Sequence record: OZ195776.1
Direction: 5' to 3' (one strand)
DNA length: 64,000 nucleotides
Shown piece after piece: positions 42,588 through 52,314 of the stretch. A program made the translations under genes and the position numbers. The notes beneath the pieces are model-generated. The model ran no database searches, had not been told where the DNA came from, and saw only the letters and a program-made list of their open reading frames with translations. The stretch's first letter is position 1. The number at the start of each line of letters is the position of its first letter.

Positions 42588-44524
42588 AAAGCACCGCCTG
42601 GTCTTGATGTTTTAGCAGAACCACTAGTTGTTAGTGGTGCACTCATTGAAACTTTGGAACTACTATCTGATACGCTATTGTTAGTAACTTGGTTTTGAAC
42701 AACGACTTGTTGTCTTTGCATTTCAGCACCATTTAATTTACGATTTGCGTTTTCTAATTCCAACGATCGTCTACGTGCATCCATGACTTGGAGACGTGCC
42801 CACAAACGTTCTTCTTCTGGAGTTGATAAATCATCTTGTTTGCGATTCAACAATGCTTTCATCTCTTCATCCGTCATTGTTTGAAGAGCTAGGTTATCGT
42901 TCAAGTTTTCAATTGAAGTGCCAACTGCATCTAGTGGATGACCAATCGTATCGCGAATATCCTTGCCAACCTGCTTAACAGAATCAACGGTCGCCTTCGC
43001 AGCATCTTGAACATACTCTTGTTTCATACGTTCAGCCATTCGCTCGCTTAATTCCATCTGAGCTTTATCGATTTCCGATTGACGTTTTTCTGAATCAGCA
43101 ATCATCTCTTCGCCGGTATCGCCGAACCCTGGAATGTAGCTAATCATTTTACCGATGCCTAACTTAACATCATTCATCATGTCTTCGATAGAAAGGATCA
43201 TGTACTGGAAAGCGTCAGGAATCGATGCAAACGCACCTATGACCTTATTAACACCATTGATGACCATCATGAAGTTGTTCTTCACTGTTTCAATATACCA
43301 TTCAACTCCGCTTATAACAGAATCTAGCATACCTTCTGGCATCATCTCTGCGATGTCGGATCCAGTATCGGTAAACCAACCCGTAATAGAACCTATAACA
43401 CTACTAAACCAGCCAGTTATGTTTTGCCATAGAGCAGCTCTCTTTTTGGGGTCTCCAAAAATACTAGCTAATCCAGCAAATATACGATCGAACTCTTCTT
43501 CAAATATCTTGTATATTGAGTATCCGGCGACCAATCCAATTAGGACCACAGGGTTCATCATCATACCAATGACGCGCGTTAATCCCATAAATGTTTGACG
43601 GACCAGTGTAACAAACCATTTCGAAATGGTGCCACGGAAGTCAATCATCAACTCACCGGTACCTTTTGAAAGTAGACCAAGTCCCTTTAAGGACCCCGAA
43701 ACCACTCTCGCCATGCCACCAAGCAATTTATTCGATGTAGCTAATGCTCCAACCTTACTTGATAAGAACATCAATCCACTTGATGCCATCACAAAGCCCG
43801 TACCAACAAACGTCAGTATTTTCTGCCACATAGAGACATTCGGACCGATTAAATGGGTTAGGATGCGACGTACGTTATCGCCTAAAGTACGTTGAAATTT
43901 ATTTGATTCTTTCCAACGAGCTGTTGCGGTTTTACGAGCACGAGTATCTGTAATTAAGTTGTATGTGAATATCTTGTTGTACAAACCAGAAACCCAACCA
44001 ACTGTTAGTGGTGCGTTCTGTCCTGTAGATGCGTTCAGATAATCCTGCATCCCTTGTTGAGCCAGCTTCTGCATCGCTGCATCGCGTCTCATTTCCTTCG
44101 TGCTATTCGTAACTGTGTCAATCAGTCGTTGTTCGAGAGTAACCATTCGAATAAAGCCATTTTTCGTAGCTGTTTTAATCGAATCCCAAGTGTTCTGCAT
44201 TTTCAAGAAATGCGAGTTGAAGTCCAAAGCTGCAACGATGGTATCGCGTACGTTTTGCAACGCAGCAGACATTCTGCTTTGTTGACTCTGCCATGCCTCT
44301 TGCCACTTCACAAATAAACTTTTCTGTGCTTCCGCTTGCTTGTCGTTAGCACCAAACGCTTCTACCAGTTTATCGAAAATTTTGCTTGTGGTTAAATCAA
44401 CGTTGCTTGTGTACATCGCAACGCGTTGCATGGAGGCTGCTTCTGGACTATCGTCAGATTGCATAACGATGAGATCGAGACGTGCGATAATCTCATCAAT
44501 CTGCTTTTTATTGTCCGATGCCAT
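42584..44524 (-). CDS. 29: Tape measure / baseplate hub protein (gp29-like)
   Basis: 646 aa helical protein with hydrophobic segments, downstream of gp26/gp51. Confidence 0.65.
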   Translation of the reverse strand: MASDNKKQIDEIIARLDLIVMQSDDSPEAASMQRVAMYTSNVDLTTSKIFDKLVEAFGANDKQAEAQKSLFVKWQEAWQSQQSRMSAALQNVRDTIVAALDFNSHFLKMQNTWDSIKTATKNGFIRMVTLEQRLIDTVTNSTKEMRRDAAMQKLAQQGMQDYLNASTGQNAPLTVGWVSGLYNKIFTYNLITDTRARKTATARWKESNKFQRTLGDNVRRILTHLIGPNVSMWQKILTFVGTGFVMASSGLMFLSSKVGALATSNKLLGGMARVVSGSLKGLGLLSKGTGELMIDFRGTISKWFVTLVRQTFMGLTRVIGMMMNPVVLIGLVAGYSIYKIFEEEFDRIFAGLASIFGDPKKRAALWQNITGWFSSVIGSITGWFTDTGSDIAEMMPEGMLDSVISGVEWYIETVKNNFMMVINGVNKVIGAFASIPDAFQYMILSIEDMMNDVKLGIGKMISYIPGFGDTGEEMIADSEKRQSEIDKAQMELSERMAERMKQEYVQDAAKATVDSVKQVGKDIRDTIGHPLDAVGTSIENLNDNLALQTMTDEEMKALLNRKQDDLSTPEEERLWARLQVMDARRRSLELENANRKLNGAEMQRQQVVVQNQVTNNSVSDSSSKVSMSAPLTTSGSAKTSRPGGAL

Positions 44525-44696
44525 TTTTCATTTGTTCCTCTTTTTGTTTGATGTGTTGTGTTAACAACATCGCGTATATTTCCCGCTCGAACGGAAGCAT
44601 ATCCTCCACATCTCTCAAGGAAAAGCTCCCGTGTTCAACGAGAGCAAAGTTTTCCTGGTAGTATTCTTGTAGAGAATGACGCCCGAGCGTTACACG
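44508..44696 (-). CDS. 51: gp51-like hub/tape-measure chaperone, no own start codon (probable -1 frameshift product)
   Basis: Hand translation RVTLGRHSLQEYYQENFALVEHGSFSLRDVEDMLPFEREIYAMLL...; frame closed upstream by TGA TGA. Confidence 0.75.
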   Translation of the reverse strand, partial: RVTLGRHSLQEYYQENFALVEHGSFSLRDVEDMLPFEREIYAMLLTQHIKQKEEQMKNGIGQ

Positions 44697-45571
44697 AAAA
44701 AATCATCAATGCCGCTAAGTGCAATCTTTTCAAAATTACCACACTTAGGACATTTCACATCAATAAACACGGTCAAACGTGGAGTTTGGTCGATAAAGTC
44801 ACGAATTTGTGTAAACGCAGCAATACTCAACTGATCCATGATCTGAACCAACATACCTTGCTGTTGCAATTCCTGTTTCGTGTACATAGTATCACCTACA
44901 TGCACTTCGCTAATCGCTTCTGTTGCTAAGTTAAACAACCCGATTGACGTGGTTGGATCATTTTCTTCGAATCCGCGAATGTTTGGGTGTTTCAATTTGA
45001 TTGCCACCTGGTCATTCACTTTAACCATGTCCGAACCAGCAAACGGTGTTACGAACGTCTTGTTCAAGTCAATCTCACAGCGAATACGTTCGCCACAAAC
45101 CTTCTCATCCGGACGTAGTAGTTCGTCAACCAGTTCATCTGCCGTCATTTCGCGTTCTGGCTCAGGACGTACAATTAAATCAGCAAATTCGTCACCTTCC
45201 GCGATTGCATCGCTACGCACTTGTTTGCGTTCGTCGATAATCGCTTGTAGTTCTTCATCGGATTTAGGCGCAGCACAGTGGTATTCTGCTGTTAACACAG
45301 GAGAACCGTTGCTATTTGCGTACATCTGAACAAACAGATATTCTGCATCTGCCACATGCAAATCTTCAATCTTGACATCAGATAGAATGCTTTTCTCGAG
45401 ACATTGCTCAATTGCATCGATTTTCTGTTCAGACTCGTTAGCCAAGTTAAGCAACTTGTGCTCACCTGCCGTCAATGAACGCATTTTAATCACTTCGCCA
45501 GATTGCGGTAGAGTTACCGTGGTATGTGGCGTTTTCATTACATTCAAATCGAATTTTTTCATTTCAGTCAT
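44690..45571 (-). CDS. 26: Baseplate hub assembly protein (gp26)
   Basis: LPQSGEVIKMRSLTAGEHKLL, DAEYLF...S.G, IKLKHP, KCPKCG...LSGIDDFF. Confidence 0.88.
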   Translation of the reverse strand: MTEMKKFDLNVMKTPHTTVTLPQSGEVIKMRSLTAGEHKLLNLANESEQKIDAIEQCLEKSILSDVKIEDLHVADAEYLFVQMYANSNGSPVLTAEYHCAAPKSDEELQAIIDERKQVRSDAIAEGDEFADLIVRPEPEREMTADELVDELLRPDEKVCGERIRCEIDLNKTFVTPFAGSDMVKVNDQVAIKLKHPNIRGFEENDPTTSIGLFNLATEAISEVHVGDTMYTKQELQQQGMLVQIMDQLSIAAFTQIRDFIDQTPRLTVFIDVKCPKCGNFEKIALSGIDDFFV

Positions 45572-45583
45572 TTCATTATTCCT

Positions 45584-46417
45584 TTATAAACCAATGCCGT
45601 TTAAAGCACCTAACGATGCGTTATATTTCGAACCAAAATCAGTGTTTGCGTCTGCAATTTGGTCGAATGTGTTGCCTTTGATGATACTAGCCATCTCTTC
45701 ACTGATCGCATTAACGTAGTTGAATGTGCTGAATGTAAATTCAACTTCAAACGTTGATACTTCGTTGTTATTCTCGTAAGATAACTCAACGTCGCCAATT
45801 CTCATTGGAAACGCTTTGGATAGCGATGTTACTGTAGCTGGATCACCATTGCGCTTTAATGTAATTATCTCGATGCTTTTTTCGTACTCAGCCGCAAATG
45901 CAACTTGACACGTAGTTGAGCTAAAGATCGATTTCTGCCAGGCCAACATAATCTGGCGTTCTTCGTGACCAGGTGATAGATAGAATTGCATCGTTACAGT
46001 TCCAGAATCCTTACCTTTAACCACTTTTTGAGTTTTGCGACGTTGATAGTCTGACTCAACTTCAAGTGTACGTCCTGGTAGATTTGCACCTTTGGCCATC
46101 ATTGCTAATTTAGCTTCTCTTGTCGGATCAGCGCCAAAATAATCAGCTACCATTGAAGAAGCATCACCGTTCAACACACCCTTAATGCCGGTACGTTTCA
46201 AAGCACCAAATTGAGAGCGAACTTCTGATGCAGTTTTTAGCGCACTATCTGCTGCTTTGAACCACCCATCGACTTGATCTAGTGTACCTTGTGGACTACC
46301 CACCACACCATTGTTGTTGATGTAGTTTTCGAGAGATGGAAACGCCACCAAGTACAAATTACTTCGTGCTACGTCGTCCTGATCCATCTTTGCAACAAAT
46401 TGCCTTACGCTAAACAT
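45584..46417 (-). CDS. 54: Baseplate-tail tube initiator (gp54)
   Basis: ARSNLYLV, ANLPGR, FPMRIGDVELSYENNNEVSTFEVEFTF. Confidence 0.8.
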   Translation of the reverse strand: MFSVRQFVAKMDQDDVARSNLYLVAFPSLENYINNNGVVGSPQGTLDQVDGWFKAADSALKTASEVRSQFGALKRTGIKGVLNGDASSMVADYFGADPTREAKLAMMAKGANLPGRTLEVESDYQRRKTQKVVKGKDSGTVTMQFYLSPGHEERQIMLAWQKSIFSSTTCQVAFAAEYEKSIEIITLKRNGDPATVTSLSKAFPMRIGDVELSYENNNEVSTFEVEFTFSTFNYVNAISEEMASIIKGNTFDQIADANTDFGSKYNASLGALNGIGL

Positions 46418-46418
46418 G

Positions 46419-46871
46419 TTACACCTTCAATCCTATTAATTTTCGTAAAGACACTTCAGTTAAAACCTTAAATGTCCAACCCTTCTGTCTGGCAAATTTC
46501 GACGCCGCTTCCCATTTATCCGAATTCACTTTAAACGTGTATGCTTCGTGCAACAATCGCTTCTTGGCTTTCTCGGTCATGCGTTGAGGCTTCTCAGGTG
46601 GCTTGGTTTCCTTGAGAGGTTTGATTTCGAAGATAAACTCACGTCCATCTTCCAACTTCATGTAAATGTCCATAAAGTAGCGACGTTTCTTGCCGTCTGC
46701 TGTACTGAAATATGGAATTACTATGGTTTCTGACCCCCATCTGACCACGGCCGGATTATTGTCTAACCATCTAAACATCGACAATTCCCACGAACTGCGA
46801 TACTCAATGTTACTCAAGTTGCCTTTGTATTTGCTCAGATTACGAGGCTTGTATTTTCCACTATATGCCAT
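46419..46871 (-). CDS. 4: Head completion protein (gp4, TnsA-like)
   Basis: MAYSGKYKP.N..KYKG...YRSSWE...W.SE...IPY...RYFMD...EIKP...KW.AA. Confidence 0.93.
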   Translation of the reverse strand: MAYSGKYKPRNLSKYKGNLSNIEYRSSWELSMFRWLDNNPAVVRWGSETIVIPYFSTADGKKRRYFMDIYMKLEDGREFIFEIKPLKETKPPEKPQRMTEKAKKRLLHEAYTFKVNSDKWEAASKFARQKGWTFKVLTEVSLRKLIGLKV

Positions 46872-46895
46872 AATACCTCCAAACTCTGTGTCTAC

Positions 46896-46903
46896 TATTT
46901 ATA
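46896..46903 (-). promoter_or_regulatory. T4 late promoter TATAAATA (divergent AATAAATA on + strand at 46912-46919)
   Basis: Exact consensus upstream of gene 4. Confidence 0.8.
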
Positions 46904-46922
46904 GCAACGACAATAAATAGGT

Positions 46923-46970
46923 GAGGAAAACAAATGGCGAAGAAAACAAATGGCGAGGAAAACAAATGGA
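46923..46970 (+). repeat. 3 x 16-bp tandem repeat, each unit an RBS plus ATG
   Basis: gaggaaaacaaatggc / gaagaaaacaaatggc / gaggaaaacaaatgga. Confidence 0.9.
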
Positions 46971-48051
46971 TAATTTTATTGGTGGTGATTTGTGGGATAG
47001 TATCGTTGGTACGAATACGAACCCAGTTCAGCCAAAAGGTGGTACCCAATCAACCACACAACCAGCGGAATTCAAACAAGCGGAGTTGAATTTGGATGAA
47101 CAGCAGAATTTTGTGTATCCATCCAACTTGCTACAAGATAGCGAACACAACAGCTTCTTCGTTTACCGTGCTTACGATTTGAGCAGCTCTACGCGTCAAT
47201 ATTACGGAAATATGCGTAGCTCGTTCACATCCACAACGAAGAAAACAACAACCGATCAGAATGATAGTAAGACGCAAGAACTACTAGCGGTAATCACACT
47301 AAACTCTCCTTTGTTGCAAGAAGAATTAGCTCACGATTTTGGCGAACATGCAACTAGTGTAGCTGCAGATTTCGTTCAAAACATGATGAACGTGAAGGGT
47401 GGGGATACGATTGGCGAGACAGTGTCAAACGTAGCAGGTACTGCCAAATCCGCTGGATTACAAGGTGCGGGTGGTTTAGTTGCAAACATGCAACGTGGAT
47501 TGATTGAATCAGGACAAGGTGGTTCTGCAGCTCAATTGAGGAAAAGCAGCACCGTGTTAGCGGATTACGCATCGACTACGGCGTTCAAAGGTACATCTCT
47601 ACGTACACAAACCGTTGAATATACGTTCAATCCAACTAGCGTCGAGGAATTGAAAATCGTTGGTGGTATTTTACGAACCTTTATGCGTCTATCGTTAGCT
47701 ACTCGCTCTCAATTATCTCTTCCAGTTGAAGTGGAGAATCGTGAGTTCCAAAAAGGATATGGCAAATACGCGACGCTATTGAAAACACCTCCGGTATGGA
47801 TGATTGAAGAAGTTTCAGATGATCCGGCAGCATCGTTCCGATACACGCCACGATTTGTATTTGGACCGGCTGGTATCACAAGTGTTCGTATCAATCGCAC
47901 GCCAGATCAATACTGGAAAACGTTTGTAGGTTCTGCTGGCGATTCAGCTTCGATCGTTATGGAGGTTACATTTACTGAATTGATTCCGATGGATCGTGAT
48001 GTATACGATGCTGACCTGAAGAGCTCGATTCGTGGTTACACAGGAGAATAA
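46966..48051 (+). CDS. 48: Baseplate tail tube cap (gp48)
   Basis: LRTQTVEYTFNP.S..E, PPVWMIE, FGPAGITSVRINRTP, MEVTFTE. Confidence 0.85.
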   Translation: MDNFIGGDLWDSIVGTNTNPVQPKGGTQSTTQPAEFKQAELNLDEQQNFVYPSNLLQDSEHNSFFVYRAYDLSSSTRQYYGNMRSSFTSTTKKTTTDQNDSKTQELLAVITLNSPLLQEELAHDFGEHATSVAADFVQNMMNVKGGDTIGETVSNVAGTAKSAGLQGAGGLVANMQRGLIESGQGGSAAQLRKSSTVLADYASTTAFKGTSLRTQTVEYTFNPTSVEELKIVGGILRTFMRLSLATRSQLSLPVEVENREFQKGYGKYATLLKTPPVWMIEEVSDDPAASFRYTPRFVFGPAGITSVRINRTPDQYWKTFVGSAGDSASIVMEVTFTELIPMDRDVYDADLKSSIRGYTGE

Positions 48052-48053
48052 TA

Positions 48054-48632
48054 ATGATATTTTCATTATTGGACACAGTTACGTATGGCGGTAAACAAAC
48101 CGCTGACATTTTTCGGAATTTAAACTATTACCACAAACAAGTGATTGGTAATTTTGATACAGTAACGTACCAAGTTGTTGGCGATTCTCGTCCCGAGCAA
48201 ACAGCTTATGAGATATACGGCGATCCGTCGTTGTATTGGATTTTATTGTTGATTAATGGTGATGTGGATCCTTATTACGATTGGTTGTTGCCAAACGAAA
48301 CGACGATTGCTACTTCGGAATATCGATACGAGGATGTTGGTGGCGCTGACGTGGTTCACCACTGGGTTGATGAAAAAGGACGCTGGTGGTACGACGTTAT
48401 CGAAGATCCAGACAAACCATTACAGTGGTACAACAGATACGATTTTCTAAACAACGCTCCAGAAGACGGCCAATTGGACAAACGTCAATTATTATATGTT
48501 GGTGTTATGACTCCAGTATCTCGTCGTGAGCATGATTTTAACGTGAATGAGCGTAATCGTACGATTGAAATTCTTCACCCAAGTGACGTTTCGTCGTATA
48601 TCAGCTCATTCTTAGCAATTGCAGGAGTGTAA
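48054..48632 (+). CDS. 53: Baseplate wedge protein (gp53)
   Basis: RPEQTAYEIYGDPSLYWILLLING..DPYYDW, VHHWVD. Confidence 0.92.
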   Translation: MIFSLLDTVTYGGKQTADIFRNLNYYHKQVIGNFDTVTYQVVGDSRPEQTAYEIYGDPSLYWILLLINGDVDPYYDWLLPNETTIATSEYRYEDVGGADVVHHWVDEKGRWWYDVIEDPDKPLQWYNRYDFLNNAPEDGQLDKRQLLYVGVMTPVSRREHDFNVNERNRTIEILHPSDVSSYISSFLAIAGV

Positions 48633-48635
48633 CAA

Positions 48636-49913
48636 ATGTTAGCCAAGCAATCCTTATCTCCGGCGGAGAATTATCTAGTATCTCGGGTGCACATTCGTGG
48701 TGTTGATAAAATCGCTGATATGACAGACACGCTAGTCAAACTTGATATCTATGAGACGTTGGATGGTTTGGTTAGTGGAATGGTAGCTCTAAACGATACA
48801 ATTGGCGTAGTGGATGATCTACTGATGATGGGCTACGAAGCAATTGATATTGAATTTGCATCCGGTGTTGGTAATACATACGAAAGAGTATTCAAGAAAT
48901 CATTTCGATTGACCAACATATCGCGATCTCAAAACGGACCATCTTCTCAGGAATTTATCCTGATTACGTTCGCGAATAATATGATCGTGACTAACGACCT
49001 CATTAAACGTCCGTACGTATTCAAAGCGACGAGTATTTCGGCAATGATTAAGGCGATTTTGGATGGAATGGGCGATGAGACACCGACTTATGAAATTGAA
49101 GATACTCTATATCAACGAGATTACGTCCGTCATATCGCCAAACCACTCGATACGATATTCGATTTGAAAGATCATGCATCTAGTCGTGATAGCGATAGCT
49201 GTCATTTCTTGTTCTACGAAGATCGTGATAGTGTCAAGTTTAAGTCATTAGGTACGTTGCGCGCGCAGGATTACGACTTCATTATTCGTAAAGGTGCATC
49301 GACAGGCGATGAGAAGTTTGATGGTGGTGATACCAATATCCTAACAGCGATTCGTATTTCAATACCAGAACAAACAAATGTTGAGCAAATGTCATCTGGC
49401 ATGTACGGAACTCGTACAATATCACATAGCCTTATTCGCAAGAAGCTGGTCACTAGTGATATTAAACGCACGCAATACGCGGATACTATGGGTGTGATGA
49501 ATGCAGTTCCTCACATGTTTACATCTCCAGAAGCGCTTGCGCCTGAGATGATCGAAACGGAACAACCTCTGAACGTCATTCAGACAATGCCGGCTGATGG
49601 GTTCTATCTGAAATCGGATACTCATACTCTTGGAAACGTGCAGGGTGTTGGTTATATGGAAGATACGTACATTAATGCTAAGAAAATTACCGTAGAGATT
49701 GCAGGGAACACGAATTTAACAGTGGGTAATGTGGTGTGGATGGATTACGCGAGTATTCAATCTGAAGGCACTGCATCTATCATGGCTTCGGGCAAATGGC
49801 TGATACACGATATCCGTCATTCGGTCGATCAAATGGCAAAAGTATTCAAAACCACGATTGATCTGGTTAATGATTCTACGCCAATGAACGCAGTAGCGGG
49901 AGCACAACAATAA
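48636..49913 (+). CDS. 27: Baseplate hub protein (gp27-like)
   Basis: Position between 53 and 5; FLFYED...FKSL, IAGNTNLTVG, GKWLIHDIRH. Confidence 0.7.
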   Translation: MLAKQSLSPAENYLVSRVHIRGVDKIADMTDTLVKLDIYETLDGLVSGMVALNDTIGVVDDLLMMGYEAIDIEFASGVGNTYERVFKKSFRLTNISRSQNGPSSQEFILITFANNMIVTNDLIKRPYVFKATSISAMIKAILDGMGDETPTYEIEDTLYQRDYVRHIAKPLDTIFDLKDHASSRDSDSCHFLFYEDRDSVKFKSLGTLRAQDYDFIIRKGASTGDEKFDGGDTNILTAIRISIPEQTNVEQMSSGMYGTRTISHSLIRKKLVTSDIKRTQYADTMGVMNAVPHMFTSPEALAPEMIETEQPLNVIQTMPADGFYLKSDTHTLGNVQGVGYMEDTYINAKKITVEIAGNTNLTVGNVVWMDYASIQSEGTASIMASGKWLIHDIRHSVDQMAKVFKTTIDLVNDSTPMNAVAGAQQ

Positions 49914-51085
49914 TGTTTATGGGAATGGACGGATTCAAATGGTTTCAAGGTGTAGTTGAAGATCGTATGGATCCATTAAAATTGGGTAGATTGAGAGTTC
50001 GAATGGTCGGACTTCATCCCGAAAAGAAATCATCGATTCAAGGTATTCGTACCGAAGAATTGTTGTGGTGTCATCCAATGCAGCCGATTACTGACGCTGC
50101 TATGAACGGTATTGGTCAAACACCGTTGGGAGTTGTTGAAGGCACGTGGGTGTTTGGATTCTTCCGAGATTGTCAGTTGATGCAAGATCCTGTAATCATT
50201 GGCACCGTTGGTGGGATTCCAGAAGATGCGCCAGTTGGATCTCGTGGATTTAACGATCCTAACGAAAAATATCCAAAATCGGATTTCTTGACAGAGCCTG
50301 ATACAAATCGACTTGCTCGAAATGAGAAAATTGATCAAACGATTGTTCAAGCTAAACGTGATACCGAAGAAGCTGATATTCCAACTGCTGGATATAATGC
50401 AGATGGAACGTCTTACAACGAGCCTACAACGCCGTATAACGCATCATATCCGTTTAATCATGTTCACGAGAGCGAAAGTGGCCACGTAAGCGAAATCGAT
50501 GATACGGCCGGCTCAGAGCGTTTACATACGTACCACAGAACTGGCACATTTGAAGAGATTCATCCTGATGGAAGTAAAGTAACTAAAGTTGTTGGTGATG
50601 ATTATGAAATCGTGGTGAAAGACAAGAAGTGTTATGTGAAAGGTAATTTAAACGTGACCGTGATTGGCGATGCGAATGTGTACGTTCAAGGGAATGTTAC
50701 TCAACAAGTCGATGGAAATTACGAACAGCATATCAAAGGCGATGTGGATCAACATGTTGAGGGTAACGTTACTCAAACAGTTGATTTGAACGTAACTGAG
50801 ACGGTTCATGGAAATGTTACTCAACAAGTCGACGGAAACGTAACGTCCACTATTGATGGGGATGTTAATCAAACCATTAGCGGTGGTACTGGATTAACTC
50901 AGAACGTTTCTAGTGACGTGAGTATCACATGTACAAACTTTACAGTCAACGCTTCGGCAAGTCACTCAACCACAGCTTCTTCTATCTCGAGGTCGGGTAG
51001 CACGATATCGGATGATGGTGGCGGCGCAACAGTAAATCTTGCTGGTGCTGCGTCAATTGACGGCTCAGCAATTAACTTAGGATAA
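49913..51085 (+). CDS. 5: Baseplate hub / spike protein gp5 (no lysozyme domain)
   Basis: WFQGVVEDRMDPLKLGRLRVR OB fold, YPFNHV.ESESGH..E.DDT, VxGNxxxx beta-helix repeats. Confidence 0.93.
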   Translation: MFMGMDGFKWFQGVVEDRMDPLKLGRLRVRMVGLHPEKKSSIQGIRTEELLWCHPMQPITDAAMNGIGQTPLGVVEGTWVFGFFRDCQLMQDPVIIGTVGGIPEDAPVGSRGFNDPNEKYPKSDFLTEPDTNRLARNEKIDQTIVQAKRDTEEADIPTAGYNADGTSYNEPTTPYNASYPFNHVHESESGHVSEIDDTAGSERLHTYHRTGTFEEIHPDGSKVTKVVGDDYEIVVKDKKCYVKGNLNVTVIGDANVYVQGNVTQQVDGNYEQHIKGDVDQHVEGNVTQTVDLNVTETVHGNVTQQVDGNVTSTIDGDVNQTISGGTGLTQNVSSDVSITCTNFTVNASASHSTTASSISRSGSTISDDGGGATVNLAGAASIDGSAINLG

Positions 51086-51090
51086 ACGAC

Positions 51091-51591
51091 ATGGCAGACA
51101 TTCTTCCGCTATTAACTACGTTGGACGAAGTCGTCGAAGGAAATGCAGTGAACGTCTCATTCACTGCAGATTTGGATTCTGCGTTAGGAGAGTCGTTGGT
51201 TGGATTATCAATCACGAACTTCCGTCAAAACGATGGCATCACAGTAGGTACTGCTGATTTCAGTGGCGCTTATCGAGACAGCTTCGATTTGGGTGCTAAT
51301 GGTATTCAATATCGAGATTTGACGGACGATACTCACAAATCGGTTTCGAAGTTTTCCGACTTACCAGCAGATCCAACAACCGCGCATGTGTATATGTTCA
51401 GAGCACCAGCTGTATTACAGACGAACTACACGTACGAGGTTACTTTGGATTATGAAATTACACCAGTTCCGCCAGCACCTCCTACTCCACCAACTCAACA
51501 TCAGTTGGTCAAGACGTACACACAATCAGTACGAGGAACCTGGGATATGTGGGGAACTCAACTCAAAGATTACATTGCGAGGGGCAACTGA
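51091..51591 (+). CDS. 5.1: gp5.1-like protein
   Basis: Position between 5 and the PAAR gene; W..W...L..YI C-terminus. Confidence 0.7.
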   Translation: MADILPLLTTLDEVVEGNAVNVSFTADLDSALGESLVGLSITNFRQNDGITVGTADFSGAYRDSFDLGANGIQYRDLTDDTHKSVSKFSDLPADPTTAHVYMFRAPAVLQTNYTYEVTLDYEITPVPPAPPTPPTQHQLVKTYTQSVRGTWDMWGTQLKDYIARGN

Positions 51592-51887
51592 TGCCAGCAT
51601 TAGCAAAAGCAGGTGATCCGACCACGGGTCATGGAACATACCCACCGACCACAGTATCTGGTGGAAGCAGCAAAGTGTCTGCAGATGGAATTGCGGTATT
51701 GTCAGTGGACAACGTAATCCATGATGGGCACACGAATACAGTAAAGCCGTACGATTTTCATCAAGGTACTGGCGTATCTGGATCGAGTAAGGTGTTTATC
51801 GAAGGAAGTCCAGCACTTCGGATCGGTGATACGTTATCTTGTGGTGATACAATCGCTGGCGGTAGTGGTAAAACAAACGGAGCATAA
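51591..51887 (+). CDS. 5.4: PAAR spike tip (gp5.4)
   Basis: GDPTTGHG.YPPT, H...H, GSSKVFIEGSPALRIGD.LSCG. Confidence 0.9.
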   Translation: MPALAKAGDPTTGHGTYPPTTVSGGSSKVSADGIAVLSVDNVIHDGHTNTVKPYDFHQGTGVSGSSKVFIEGSPALRIGDTLSCGDTIAGGSGKTNGA

Positions 51888-51891
51888 TCAA

Positions 51892-52314
51892 ATGGCAGTT
51901 ACAGAATTAGACACTCTATTGTTGGGTCGTTATCACTACAGCGATATTCCGGCAAATTTTGGTAAATCAGTTGCGTCAAATGATTTGGCAGCATCTTACG
52001 ATTTACGTGCAATCAACGAATCCTTGTTGGGTCTTGTACAGACAACTAAAGGCGAACGCCTGTTTCAACCAACAGTTGGGTGTAATATTAACAAACAATT
52101 GTTCGAAAATATCAACCCCGCTGCTGCGTTCACTATTAAGTATAACATTGAAACTACAATTCAGCAGTATGAACCTCGTGTGCAGATTCAGCAAGTTGAC
52201 GTTTCGCCGATATACGATCAGAACACTTATCTTGTGACAGTTCGATATCGATTGCGTACTGACGTCAATAAAGAATACGAGTTCTCATCTCAACTTAGAC
52301 AAGGATTGGTATAA
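51892..52314 (+). CDS. 25: Baseplate wedge subunit gp25
   Basis: AINESL..L..T.KGERLFQP..GC...LFE...YEPRV. Confidence 0.92.
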   Translation: MAVTELDTLLLGRYHYSDIPANFGKSVASNDLAASYDLRAINESLLGLVQTTKGERLFQPTVGCNINKQLFENINPAAAFTIKYNIETTIQQYEPRVQIQQVDVSPIYDQNTYLVTVRYRLRTDVNKEYEFSSQLRQGLV

